64,000 bases of DNA from Sedimentisphaerales bacterium (GTDB lineage Bacteria > Planctomycetota > Phycisphaerae > Sedimentisphaerales > Anaerobacaceae): positions 5,984,001-6,048,000 of the forward strand of contig OY970194.1 in assembly GCA_963708075.1 (NCBI GenBank), written 5' to 3'. The position numbers and the translations under genes are program-made. The notes below the pieces were generated by a model that ran no database searches, was not told the DNA's origin, and saw only the letters and a program-made list of their open reading frames with translations. Shown here one piece after another: positions 47,701 to 57,895 of the stretch (within the stretch, counting starts at the first letter, position 1; each line of letters begins with the position of its first letter).

Positions 47701-49640
47701 CATCCGAGACTGAAAAAACGCCGAAGGCGCCCAAGTCCTTTCTGACCATCGGCCCGACGCTGCATTACAGTCACAGCAACGTGCAGCGGTCGTGGCTGCT
47801 GGCGGCAGCCCTGTTCTCCATCACCTGCCTGCTGTGGTCCAGGATCGTGACGGGATCGTTCTGGACGTTCGATTTCCAGGCCCAGGCGGCCCCGGACTTC
47901 TGGCGTCTGGGCGAGGCGACGACAGCGGGGACAAGTATCTTCGAGTACCCCTGGCAGATCATCGTGCTCGGCCTGCTGATGGGCATCATGGCGGTCGTGC
48001 CCGTACTGATTGCGCAGTTGATGAGCTTCGGGCACAGCTTCGTGTTTCTGCTGGCGGTGTTCTTCCTGGCGAACCTGCCCGGATTCGCGACGTTTCTGCT
48101 GGTGAGCTGCTTTGCGGTGGCAGCGCGGCCGCTGCGCTTTCGCTCCCGCATCATTGCGATCGCCCTTTGCATGGCGCCGCAGCTTTTGTACTGGGGCCTG
48201 TTCGGGGCGGCCAAAGAAGTCGACACGTTCTCATGGGGTCTGTCCCTGGCCCCATGGATCTTTGCGTGGCTGGTGGGCATGACGGTCGCCGGGATCGTGC
48301 TGGCCGTCGGGCACTACACCCGTTACAAGCCGGGACTGACCTGGATCTTCACCACAACCACCCTGTTACTGGCACTCGGAATCTTCGAAGGGGCCGTGGG
48401 GTTTGACGAGCTGGATTACCAGTTCTACGTGGCGAGGAATAACCCGGAGGACGTCACCGAGTTTCGCGAGCACACCATCCGCGAGGCGCTGGACGAGACG
48501 GTGAACGTGGCCATCAAGCAGAAAGACCTCAGTATGAAGAAGTTCGTGGCCACGGAGCGCATACCACTGCGTGCGGAGATGAAAGGGGAGATCCTGATCG
48601 ACCTGAACAACAGCGATGAATGGCCGGCCTGGTTTGATTCCAAGGTGCGGGAGGAGTGGAGATACAAGGACAGGCGGAAATGGCTCATCGAGCAATACGG
48701 TTGTTTCATGCATCCGGAGAAGCCCTGGTGGATGCCGAGGTTCGTTCACGACCGAATCCTCCAACGGCGCTCCGCCAGCGAGCGCATGCCGATCGCCTTG
48801 TACTACAAGGCGATGGTCAATGAATACAGCCCGGACCTCCGGCAAATCAGGCAGGATGACCTGCTAGGCTTCTACTGTGACTACCCGCAGGATGAAGCCC
48901 TGCCCATTTGGGACGACCTCTACAGTATCGAGGCGTACAATAAGAGTCCCGAGTCGATTGAAGCGAGATGGCGGCTGGCCCGGCACATCGCGAGGCAGGA
49001 ATGGCTCAAGGAATCGAGGCTGATCGGGGAGCTGGATTACGCCAACAGCATTCTCGTGGAGGCGAACGAGATGCTCGAGCGGGAGCTGGCCCTTGCCGAG
49101 CAGACCCGGCCTGCGCCGCCGGACAACCTCTTCGGAGCATTTCGCCGACCCGCGCGGACCGTGCTGACCGTCGTAAAGCTGCGGGACCTGCAGCGACGCG
49201 TCCGGGAGCTCAAGACCCTCATCGGCGAGGAGAATCGCAAGGGCGCGGAAGGGGCTGTGCTCCGTCTGGCGAAGTTCGTCAGGCTGAACCCCCACAGTCT
49301 GGAGTACGAGCAGCAGCTCGATGCCCTGCTCGCGGACACCGGACAAAATGACGGGCTGCTGGACAACCTCCTGCTGGAAAAGGCCAAGCTCATCGCCGAC
49401 GAGCAAGGCCGGGGCCGGCGGCTCGAAGCCCTGCACAGGCAATTCCAGAACACCGACGGCGGCATCCAGGCCCTCTACGAACTCACACGCCTGAGGATCG
49501 AGGTTTATAAGCGCGAGCCCCGCATGGATAGCCTGCTGCCGGCCCGCGACATGCTGATGAGCTTCCTGAGCCTGTACCCCAAGAGCTTCTACGCGGACCA
49601 GGTTCGCAAGAACCTGGAGGATCTGCCGGGGCCGGATTAG
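47697..49640 (+). CDS. hypothetical protein with N-terminal multi-TM region and helical/TPR-like C-terminus
   Basis: About 7 hydrophobic segments, then helical repeats ending FL..YP.S.YA. Confidence 0.7.
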   Translation: MASETEKTPKAPKSFLTIGPTLHYSHSNVQRSWLLAAALFSITCLLWSRIVTGSFWTFDFQAQAAPDFWRLGEATTAGTSIFEYPWQIIVLGLLMGIMAVVPVLIAQLMSFGHSFVFLLAVFFLANLPGFATFLLVSCFAVAARPLRFRSRIIAIALCMAPQLLYWGLFGAAKEVDTFSWGLSLAPWIFAWLVGMTVAGIVLAVGHYTRYKPGLTWIFTTTTLLLALGIFEGAVGFDELDYQFYVARNNPEDVTEFREHTIREALDETVNVAIKQKDLSMKKFVATERIPLRAEMKGEILIDLNNSDEWPAWFDSKVREEWRYKDRRKWLIEQYGCFMHPEKPWWMPRFVHDRILQRRSASERMPIALYYKAMVNEYSPDLRQIRQDDLLGFYCDYPQDEALPIWDDLYSIEAYNKSPESIEARWRLARHIARQEWLKESRLIGELDYANSILVEANEMLERELALAEQTRPAPPDNLFGAFRRPARTVLTVVKLRDLQRRVRELKTLIGEENRKGAEGAVLRLAKFVRLNPHSLEYEQQLDALLADTGQNDGLLDNLLLEKAKLIADEQGRGRRLEALHRQFQNTDGGIQALYELTRLRIEVYKREPRMDSLLPARDMLMSFLSLYPKSFYADQVRKNLEDLPGPD

Positions 49641-49835
49641 GCGGATTGTGACACCGGCGAGACACGCAACCGTCTTATCGGTCTGTTGCGAGCACGCGTA
49701 GGCCCGGTAAAATCGACCCTTGCGTCACGGCATTGGGTTTGGTTTGACTTTCACACGAGTTTTCGTAAGATAACAGTAGCGGGCCGCGCATTTGGGGTGG
49801 CTCGCGACAGCAACGGACAGGCAGGGATTTCGATA

Positions 49836-50324
49836 ATGGCGGCGAATGATGCTCGATTCCATCCCCGTGTCATCGTGGTCGGGGATCGGCATAGCAGTTT
49901 TGCGGAGGAGGTGGGCCGTCTGGCTGCGGAATACGACCTCGCAGTAGCCTCGTGCGACGACATCTACTCGGCGGCGACGGAGTTGGCCGGCCATCCCGAC
50001 CGGCTCCTCATGGTTACCGGGATGTTCCGGCAGTTGACCCGGGGGAGAGGTGATTTCTTCGCCCTGGCGGAGCGCCACGGCGTACCCTGTTGCTGTCTGC
50101 TGGATAAACAAAGCGACGTGGAGCGGCACAAGATTCTTGCGGCCGTGCACCGGGGGGTCCGATTGGCAGGGGAAGTGGCCGACATCCGCCGGTTCCTCGA
50201 AAACCGGCTGGCGGCCGAGGGACATCGTGGCCCGGAGGCCGACGAGGAGGATTTCCGGGGGGAGCAGTTCCGTGCGACCGAGGATGAGCTCAAAGCGCTA
50301 TTGAGGCAGGAGACAAATGGCTAA
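49836..50324 (+). CDS. hypothetical degenerate receiver-like protein
   Basis: VIVVGD start with alpha/beta pattern; overlaps the GGDEF gene by 8 nt; upstream TTGACT-N16-TAAGAT. Confidence 0.55.
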   Translation: MAANDARFHPRVIVVGDRHSSFAEEVGRLAAEYDLAVASCDDIYSAATELAGHPDRLLMVTGMFRQLTRGRGDFFALAERHGVPCCCLLDKQSDVERHKILAAVHRGVRLAGEVADIRRFLENRLAAEGHRGPEADEEDFRGEQFRATEDELKALLRQETNG

Positions 50325-51429
50325 CGGCACGGATCCAACATTGCCAGGCGGGGCGATAGGCGGGACTTCGTCCCGGCAGCCGGGGGTCCTGCTGGTCGGC
50401 GACGCCCGCAGGGCATTTGTAGATGCCGAGGGTGTGCATAATTATTCGTTCGAAGTGGCCTCGGGCCTGCTCGATGCGATGGACATGGCCGCCCGCGGGG
50501 ACTTCGCCGTGGTGGGCGTGGTCATGGACGGCACAGCGGGACATCTGTATGCGGCCCTGAAGGCTCTGCGCAAAGGGACTCACGCCCGCATTGTCCTGTT
50601 GGCACAGATGCACGAGGAGCCGATCGCCCGGCGGCTGGTGGAGGAGGGATGGGAAGGGGGCAAGCTCGCCGATGAGTACCTCGTTTGCCCAACCTTTCTG
50701 ACGCGGCTTTGCGGCCGTACGGCATCGGGAACGACCGGCGCGAGGACGCCATCGCCCGATGGACAGGAACAGCCTTCGCCCGCAGACACCCTGGCCCATG
50801 TCGATCCCGCGCAGTTGGAACAGAAGCTGCGGCATCTGGAATACCTCGCCACGACCGATGACCTGACGGACCTGAGGAACCGCCGGTATATCTGGGAGTT
50901 CGCCAGGCAGGCGCTGGAGCGTGCGAAGGTCAGCCACGGGCGCGTGACATTGCTGCTGTTCGACATCGACAATTTCAAGCACTACAACGACGTGTACGGC
51001 CATCTGGCCGGCGACGAGATCCTGCGGCAGGCGGGCATCCTGATGCGCCGCTGCTGCCGCCCGCGTGACGTGGTCGGACGCGTCGGCGGCGATGAGTTCG
51101 CCGTCGTGTTCTGGGACGACCCCTACAGGACCGGCGACCACTTGGAGCAGGACCGCCGCTCGACGGACACCGACCATCCGGCGGAAGCGATCTTTATGGC
51201 GAAGCGCTTTCAGAAGGAATTCGGCAACGCCGAGCTGCCTCTGCTGGGTCCTGAGGCCCAGGGTGTCCTGACCATCAGCGGCGGACTGGCCAGCTTCCCG
51301 CGCGACGGCTCCACCATCCACGATCTTTTTGAGCGGGCCGACATGGCTCTGCTCGACGCCAAGCGCAGCGGCAAAAACCGCATCTACCTCGTCGGCGAGC
51401 CCCAGAGCAACATCGCCGACATCCGGTAA
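50317..51429 (+). CDS. diguanylate cyclase (GGDEF)
   Basis: D.LT.L.NRR, DID.FK.YND.YGH..GD, RxxD I-site (RPRD), GGDEF, AD.AL..AK..GKN. Confidence 0.93.
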   Translation: MANGTDPTLPGGAIGGTSSRQPGVLLVGDARRAFVDAEGVHNYSFEVASGLLDAMDMAARGDFAVVGVVMDGTAGHLYAALKALRKGTHARIVLLAQMHEEPIARRLVEEGWEGGKLADEYLVCPTFLTRLCGRTASGTTGARTPSPDGQEQPSPADTLAHVDPAQLEQKLRHLEYLATTDDLTDLRNRRYIWEFARQALERAKVSHGRVTLLLFDIDNFKHYNDVYGHLAGDEILRQAGILMRRCCRPRDVVGRVGGDEFAVVFWDDPYRTGDHLEQDRRSTDTDHPAEAIFMAKRFQKEFGNAELPLLGPEAQGVLTISGGLASFPRDGSTIHDLFERADMALLDAKRSGKNRIYLVGEPQSNIADIR

Positions 51430-51436
51430 AGTTGCC

Positions 51437-53433
51437 CTACCATCGGTAGTCCAAGGCGCCGCTTATGACGTGGACGGTCTTGTCTGCGTTGAAGCTCGTG
51501 TCATAATCCACGAATGCTCGCAGCCCCCGGGTCAACCTGATGCCGGCTCCCCCTCCGAGCATGATGCTATCCCGGGTGGCCGCCTCATCGCTGATATCGA
51601 ACGGGGCCGGGGGTGCGTCCTGAAGCCGGGCCTCGACTTCGGAGACGACATCGCCAAGCTCATGCACGAAGCGGCCGCGAGCTTGAACGATCGCGGTGCG
51701 GCCCTGTGGACCCAACATCAATTCCTTTGTCAGCTTGGCGCCCACGGAGACCTTGTAGGATTCGTATTGCTGGTCCTCGAAGGCAAGAGCGCTGATCCCG
51801 CCGGTCTCCACGTATTCATCGAGCTGCAGGAACGCGACCTGCAATGCGGCCAACGGCTGGACTAGCCAGGTCGCGGCGGGTTGCCAGTCAAGGCCGGCCT
51901 CGAAGTAGGCGCCCAATTCACGCCCGTCGAGATCACCCTCAAGCCGCTCGCCGATCACGTCAACCACTCGCTCCGTCTCTACGCCAATCTTGGAATACAT
52001 CAGCAGGGAGTTGAGGTACCACCCCGTCGCGCTGTAGCTGTTATAGAGGCCAAAGTGTGTGGTCGTCATGTCCGCCTCGTCGGCCAGCGTGTCGTAATCC
52101 ACCTGGCCGTCCGAACGACCTATGGTGATACCCCAGATGGACCGCTCGCTGGATTGACCCTCGATGCCCACGCTCTGGCCAAAGACACTATACGAGTAGC
52201 CGGTAGCGCCATTCTCGGTCTTCCTGTCGCCGGACAGCCCGTACAGCTTGGCCCAGGTTCCCCAGCCCTCGTTCGACGTGTCCGGACCCAGGTCCCACAG
52301 GAAGCTGTCCCAACTGCGATCGGTGGGCGATCCGATGCCGCTTTGCGGTTCGGCCATCGCCAGCAGCGGCGTGTCACTCAAGCCTTGCAGGTCCCTGGCC
52401 ACGCCGCCACGCGCGCCCTGGAGCCGGTTGGAAACGATTCCCATGAACTTGGCCGTATCGGTCGTCAGGATCGGTGCCAGCGGGGGCCTGCTCTGCCCGC
52501 TCAACTGGTCGTATGCAGTCCGCACCTCGTCGAGGGTCGGCAATTGCTGCAATGCGGCGGTTAAGGGGGAGCCGCCCGACTCGGCGATGGTCTGCAGCAC
52601 GATCCCCATGGCCTGCTGGTTCGGCGTCTGGCTAAACTCCGCATCGAACTGGGCTGCCGAGATTCTCAGAAGCACAAAGGGGCCCCCGTTCGGATCCGCG
52701 ATGGTCAGGTCCAGCAAGGCCGTGTCAGTCACACCGAGCGCACCCTGACGCTGTTCGCGTCGACGATCGTGTAGTCCTTCGTCCCTGTGATCGTCTCCGT
52801 GGGAAACACGTTGACTCTCCCGCCGACGGCGTTGACGTCGCCGGTCACAACGAGTTTATCGCCGACGGCGCTGTCGTTGACGTCCACCTCCAGAATGCCG
52901 CCCGGCTTGAACGTGAGGTCGCCATCGATGGTCAGAGTCCCGATCCCATCCTCCCCTGGGCTGATCGTACCCCAGTTGGTGACCGAAGGAGACTTCAATG
53001 TGCCATTGCCCGCGAGAGCGCCGTCGCCCCAGATGATCGTCAGTTGATTCGCGTCAACCCTGCCGGCCATGATCATCAGCAGAGCCGTCCCGCCCGCCTG
53101 TGTTCCGCTGCCGCCGATGAAAAGACCGGTCGAGTTCTGCCAGAGGGTGTTGGGGTCCATAATGATCACACGCGCCTCGCTGCCGGCAAGGTAGCCCATG
53201 TAGGCATTGACATCGACGACCTTGCTGTTACCGGACAGGATCATGGTGCCGCTGGCGTCGATTCCCACTCTGAGGTCCCCGGCGATATTCCATGGATCGC
53301 CACCCGTGAATAGTGGCTGGACGTTGCCGCCGGTGATGATTGACCCTGTGGCAGGATCAGCCGGAAGAAGCAACGAGCCGAGGCCAGTCAAAAGTACGCC
53401 GAAGACCGCGAGTTTTCTCATATCCACTCTCAT
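51437..53433 (-). pseudogene. autotransporter (signal peptide + beta-rich passenger + beta-barrel) split by a one-base frameshift near 52745
   Basis: ORF 52729-53433 is the passenger (GTISPG..IGTLTI.G); ORF 51437-52732 is the barrel ending ...GALDYRW; adding one base fuses them. Confidence 0.7.
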
Positions 53434-53870
53434 GATTCACCTTCTGCGATTTATGGATCACCATTCATGATGTACGATTGGCCCAGGGCTCTCCTGAGCG
53501 GCGCGAATCATTACTCGTCGCTCCGGCCTGTACCCACATCACAAGTCGTACATCGTAATTCGGACATGGCAAGTCTAAGTCCATATCCCTCTATCGTCAT
53601 TTTGGCCCGCCGGGTGAGGAAATGAACCGTCCAAGCCTGTCAGTTCTGCATCAGGCGTCCGGGATTTGATGGCGGATGCGTCCGGCCACGGGATATCGGA
53701 CCATTGCCGACCTTCACGGGTTGTGCGACTACGAGATTGCCTGGTTTTGTTCGCAACGGCCGATAATGTCCCTTTGTGTCACTGCGAGCACCGGCATTGA
53801 CGACGTGCCCGGTCCCACGGCACAGTGCCTAAAACCTGCGCAGCCGCCAGGACTGGGCCCGGTCGTTTGG

Positions 53871-53898
53871 TTGACGGACAATGGCGGGGCGGTACAAT
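53871..53898 (+). promoter_or_regulatory. possible sigma70 promoter of the ABC exporter
   Basis: TTGACG-N16-TACAAT 30 nt before the ATG. Confidence 0.5.
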
Positions 53899-53927
53899 CA
53901 GGCGAGTTTTCTCTTCGGGTGTGAGCG

Positions 53928-54839
53928 ATGCATGCGATTGAGCTGGAGCAGGTAAGTAAGTCGTTCGGCGTGGTGCGCGCGGTGGACCGGTTGAGCGTCT
54001 CCGTGCCGCAGGGGAGTGTGTACGGATTCCTCGGGCCTAACGGGGCGGGCAAGACGACGACGCTGCGGATGGTAATGGACATCATCCGGCCGGATAGCGG
54101 GGCGGTTCGGCTGTTCGGGCAGGGGGCTTCGTCCGTGGTCCGCCGCCGTATCGGGTACATGCCGGAGGAACGCGGGCTGTATCGCAAGATGAGTGTCTCG
54201 GCCGTGCTCAACTACTTCGGTTCGCTCAAGGGGCTGGCCGGGACCGACCTCAGGCGGCGCACGACGCAGTGGCTCGAGCGGATCTCGCTGGCCGAGCACG
54301 CGAAGAAGAAGGTCGAGGAGTTGTCGCGAGGGATGCACCAGAAGCTGCAATTCGCCGTGACCGTGATCAATGACCCGGAGCTGGTGATCCTCGACGAGCC
54401 GTTCTCGGGACTCGATCCCGTGAACCAGGACCTGCTGCGGGAGATCATCACCGAGATGCGCCGCGACGGCAGGACGGTCCTGTTCTCGACCCACGTGATG
54501 CACGAGGCGGAGCGGCTGTGTGACTTCATCGTGCTGATCGATCGCGGCCGCGTTGTGGTCAACGGGACCCTGGACCAGATTCGCCGCGGACACGAGTCGC
54601 ACACGATCTCCATCGAGCTGGAGGGCGACGGCGATTTCATCCATCGCCTGCCGCTGGTGCAGGAAGTGCGGCCGGAAGGACGGCGGTTGGACATCCGGCT
54701 TCGCGATGGGGCGGACCCGCAGGAGCTGCTCAAGGCGCTCGTCGAGCGGACGCGGGTGCGGGCGTTCGAGATCAAGCAGCCCTCGCTGCACGAGATCTTC
54801 ATTCGACTGGTCGGAGGGGACCGTGCAGAACATCTATAA
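53928..54839 (+). CDS. ABC-2 type transporter ATP-binding protein (YhaQ/NatA-like)
   Basis: GPNGAGKTT, GYMPEERGLY, LSRGM.QK, ILDEPFSGLDP, PSLHEIF. Confidence 0.93.
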   Translation: MHAIELEQVSKSFGVVRAVDRLSVSVPQGSVYGFLGPNGAGKTTTLRMVMDIIRPDSGAVRLFGQGASSVVRRRIGYMPEERGLYRKMSVSAVLNYFGSLKGLAGTDLRRRTTQWLERISLAEHAKKKVEELSRGMHQKLQFAVTVINDPELVILDEPFSGLDPVNQDLLREIITEMRRDGRTVLFSTHVMHEAERLCDFIVLIDRGRVVVNGTLDQIRRGHESHTISIELEGDGDFIHRLPLVQEVRPEGRRLDIRLRDGADPQELLKALVERTRVRAFEIKQPSLHEIFIRLVGGDRAEHL

Positions 54840-56088
54840 AGTCGCACAGCGCGAGTTCCGCGAGACGGTCAGGACCTGGACCTTCATTCTGGGCATGGTC
54901 GTGTTGCCCCTGGCTCTGGGGGGCATGATCCTGTTTGGCGATCGGCTCGCCCCGGATCGCAACGCGCCCCGCGGGCCCATCCGGGTGGGCGTGACGAGCC
55001 CTTCGAGCGAGCTGTTCAAGCAGATCCAGGCCACATTTGACGGGTACAACCAGTCGCACCCGCAGGCTCCAATTACCTTGACGGCCGTGAATGCGGATGA
55101 GGGATCGGCCCAGGAGCAGGGCAAAGACATGCTGCGACAGGCCCAACTGGATACCTACGTGGCACTGGAAGGGGATCTGGAGGGCACGGACGGCACAGTG
55201 CGGTTCTACACCTACAAGCCGAAGTCGTCGCATATTGATGCGCTCTTCATGATCGAGGGTCTGCTTCGCGACGCGGTGGTCAGCCGGCGGTACGAGACGC
55301 GGGGCCTCGACCGCGCCGTCGTAAATGCGATCTCCAATGTTCCCATGCAGCGGGTCGAGCTCGGCGAGGAGGAGGGACAGGAGCAGGTGCAGGGCGAAGG
55401 CCAGCGGGTGGCCCGCATGATGGTCCCGTTCGCGTTCATGTACCTGATCTTCATCGGGATCATCAGCATGGGTCAGCATCTGGTCAGCAGCATCATCGAG
55501 GAGAAGAACTCGCGGATCATGGAGGTGCTGCTGTCGGTGGTCAGCCCGTTCGAGTTGATGGCGGGCAAGATTGTGGGGTTGGCCGCCGTGGGCTGCACGA
55601 TCGTGGTGCTGTGGGGCGCCGCGGGATACGCGGCCGCCATCTGGCAAGGCATCAAGATCGATATCGGCGTCGGCCTGATCCTGTGCTGCCTGATCTACTT
55701 CATCCTGGGATTCATCCTGTTCAGCGCGGTCCTGGCGGGCGTTGGCTCGATCTGCAATACGATCAAGGAGACGCAAAGCCTGCTCATGCCCGTCATGCTC
55801 GTCTTCGTCGCCCCGGTCGTGGCAGGCCTGAAAATGGTCCAGAATCCCAACGGCGAGCTGGCCCGCGTGCTGTCGTACGTGCCGCCGACCACGCCGATGG
55901 TGATGGTCCTGCGCCTCTCCAGCGGCACGGACATCTGGGCCGGTGAGGTCATCCTGTCGATCCTCGCCCTGGCCGCGGGCGTACTGGCGGCTCTCTGGGC
56001 GGCCGCCAAGGTCTTCCGCACCGGCATCCTCATGTACGGCAAGCGCCCCGCCCTCCGCGAAATCTTCCGCTGGCTGAAAGAGAAATAG
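54823..56088 (+). CDS. ABC-2 type transporter permease (YhaP/NatB-like)
   Basis: GTG after GGAGG; IEEKNSRIMEVLLS, LMAGKI.G, FR.GILMYGK.P. Confidence 0.9.
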   Translation: MQNIYKVAQREFRETVRTWTFILGMVVLPLALGGMILFGDRLAPDRNAPRGPIRVGVTSPSSELFKQIQATFDGYNQSHPQAPITLTAVNADEGSAQEQGKDMLRQAQLDTYVALEGDLEGTDGTVRFYTYKPKSSHIDALFMIEGLLRDAVVSRRYETRGLDRAVVNAISNVPMQRVELGEEEGQEQVQGEGQRVARMMVPFAFMYLIFIGIISMGQHLVSSIIEEKNSRIMEVLLSVVSPFELMAGKIVGLAAVGCTIVVLWGAAGYAAAIWQGIKIDIGVGLILCCLIYFILGFILFSAVLAGVGSICNTIKETQSLLMPVMLVFVAPVVAGLKMVQNPNGELARVLSYVPPTTPMVMVLRLSSGTDIWAGEVILSILALAAGVLAALWAAAKVFRTGILMYGKRPALREIFRWLKEK

Positions 56089-56129
56089 CGGGATTGGCAG
56101 GGCTTGTCCCGCCGCTACCCCTGGCTCTT

Positions 56130-57083
56130 TCAGCGATTCTTCTGTTGGGTGGCCATAGCGGCCTTGAGACCTTTGGCCAACTCCTCAGGCGGGCCCTTGC
56201 CCCAGAAGTGCAGGAAATAGAATGGTGGCTGGTCGCCGATCATGTGGTTATGCAGGGCGACAATGTGAATGTCGGCCTTGCGAAGGGCATGCATGACGGG
56301 CTGGACCTCGTCGGCGGCCATGATGAAGTCGCCGTCTGCGATCGCCTGCCTGGAATTGCCCGAGAACGATGCCCATGTGGTCAGTCCCATCGATCCGCCA
56401 ATGGGGACGCCGTCCATCGTGCCCGTACGGGGGAAAGTGAATTTGATCGTGGCCTTGTTGTCCTCGGCCTTGACGCCAAGGATCTTCTCGAGGGTGGGCA
56501 CGTCGAACGTGCCGGCCTGCTTGGGCACGTCGCCCAGGAAGTGGTCCCACGGCACCGGGTGTGTTCTGCGCACGGCCTTGATTGCATCCCATACCGCCTT
56601 GACAGCGCCGCCGAGCTGCTCCGGACTTCCGTGGCCCAGGATATGCATGAAGTAGACCGGCGGCCGGTCGAAGATGAAGTGGTTATGGATTCCCGTGATT
56701 TCGAGGCCATGGGCAAACGCGGCATCCATCGCCGGGGTGATTTCGTCCGCGAAGACTACAGTGTCGCCCATTACCATGGCCCCGCCCTTCGGCATCGCTT
56801 TGAACGCCGCCCATGATCCCAGCCCGGCCGAGGGCTCGAACGGCATGTTGTCTATCGTGACCTTCACCTCGTCGCGCGACCAGGCGATACGGACGACGCC
56901 ATCGGGCATCGTGGTTGCCTTGGTGCCTGCCGCACGCTCGATGGTCTCCTCGCTGAGCGGCTGGTTACTATCGGCGGTCGGCCGGTCCTGCCTTTGATCG
57001 GTGCCTGCTCCGGCAGCCCAGACAGAGACCGGCAAAAGAAACAAAACGCAGATGACGAGACGATGAGTCGTGCCTGTGCACAT
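56130..57083 (-). CDS. secreted DUF1259 family protein (two domains)
   Basis: Duplicated WA.F...GD...E..P......G..I...HNH....P..YF.H..G.G motif. Confidence 0.85.
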   Translation of the reverse strand: MCTGTTHRLVICVLFLLPVSVWAAGAGTDQRQDRPTADSNQPLSEETIERAAGTKATTMPDGVVRIAWSRDEVKVTIDNMPFEPSAGLGSWAAFKAMPKGGAMVMGDTVVFADEITPAMDAAFAHGLEITGIHNHFIFDRPPVYFMHILGHGSPEQLGGAVKAVWDAIKAVRRTHPVPWDHFLGDVPKQAGTFDVPTLEKILGVKAEDNKATIKFTFPRTGTMDGVPIGGSMGLTTWASFSGNSRQAIADGDFIMAADEVQPVMHALRKADIHIVALHNHMIGDQPPFYFLHFWGKGPPEELAKGLKAAMATQQKNR

Positions 57084-57274
57084 AGGCCTATTCCCTTCCA
57101 TTAGATTATTGCGTTGGTAGACCCATTGAAATCGCGAACCTCGCCGCTCACTATAGGCTTTCGGCTTACTCGCGGCCCTCCGGTTGCCTATCCTGGATGG
57201 CACTTGCCCCGGCGCTCTGTCTCGGATATGCTCAGGTGCAATGACATGGACGAATCGATAGGTGCAATGGAAGT

Positions 57275-57790
57275 ATGAATCTGATTACTGATGTCAGTCC
57301 GCTGACGTGGGAGGCGTTGCTGTGCTGCTTCCTGTCGGGGCTTGTTGTTGGGCTGGAGCGCCAATTGCGGGGCAAGCCGGTCGGGATGCGGACGAGCGCC
57401 CTGATCTGCATCGGGACGTACGTGTTCGTCGCCATCACGCGTAGCATCTCCACGGAGATAACCGATCCATCTCGGATCACCGGCCAGGTAGTCACGGGTA
57501 TCGGTTTCCTGGGTGCAGGCGTGATCCTGGCCCGGCAGGGGGCCATCATAGGTGTCACCTCGGCCTCCGCGATCTGGATCCTGGCGGCCATCGGCGTGAC
57601 CATCGGCACGGGTTTCCCCTGGCTCGGGGTCAAGCTGGCCATCCTGACGGTGGTGATCCTCGCCGGCGTGGAGCTCGTTGAGACCCGCTTTGAGGCTCTG
57701 CAGAAGGGCGTGCACGGCGGGCTCGGGAAGAAACGGGGACATGAGCAGGAGCAGGGAAAACGGCCCCGGATGAGAGAAGTCTCCGAATAG
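57275..57790 (+). CDS. MgtC/SapB family membrane protein
   Basis: GLERQ..GKPVG.RT, DPSRI.GQVVTGIGFLGAG, GVTSA..IW. Confidence 0.92.
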   Translation: MNLITDVSPLTWEALLCCFLSGLVVGLERQLRGKPVGMRTSALICIGTYVFVAITRSISTEITDPSRITGQVVTGIGFLGAGVILARQGAIIGVTSASAIWILAAIGVTIGTGFPWLGVKLAILTVVILAGVELVETRFEALQKGVHGGLGKKRGHEQEQGKRPRMREVSE

Positions 57791-57895
57791 CGCCCACCGG
57801 CTGTGACGATACGCAAGGAGGTCTTCGCCCAGCCGGATGGCAGATTTCAGATCACCGTGCTGCTGGACTTCTCCGAACGATGAAGTCCGCCCGGG

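Noticed and set aside
54553..54822. 90-aa N-terminal extension of the ABC permease
   Set aside because: Overlaps the ATPase gene; GTG at 54823 has a GGAGG RBS and matches the family start
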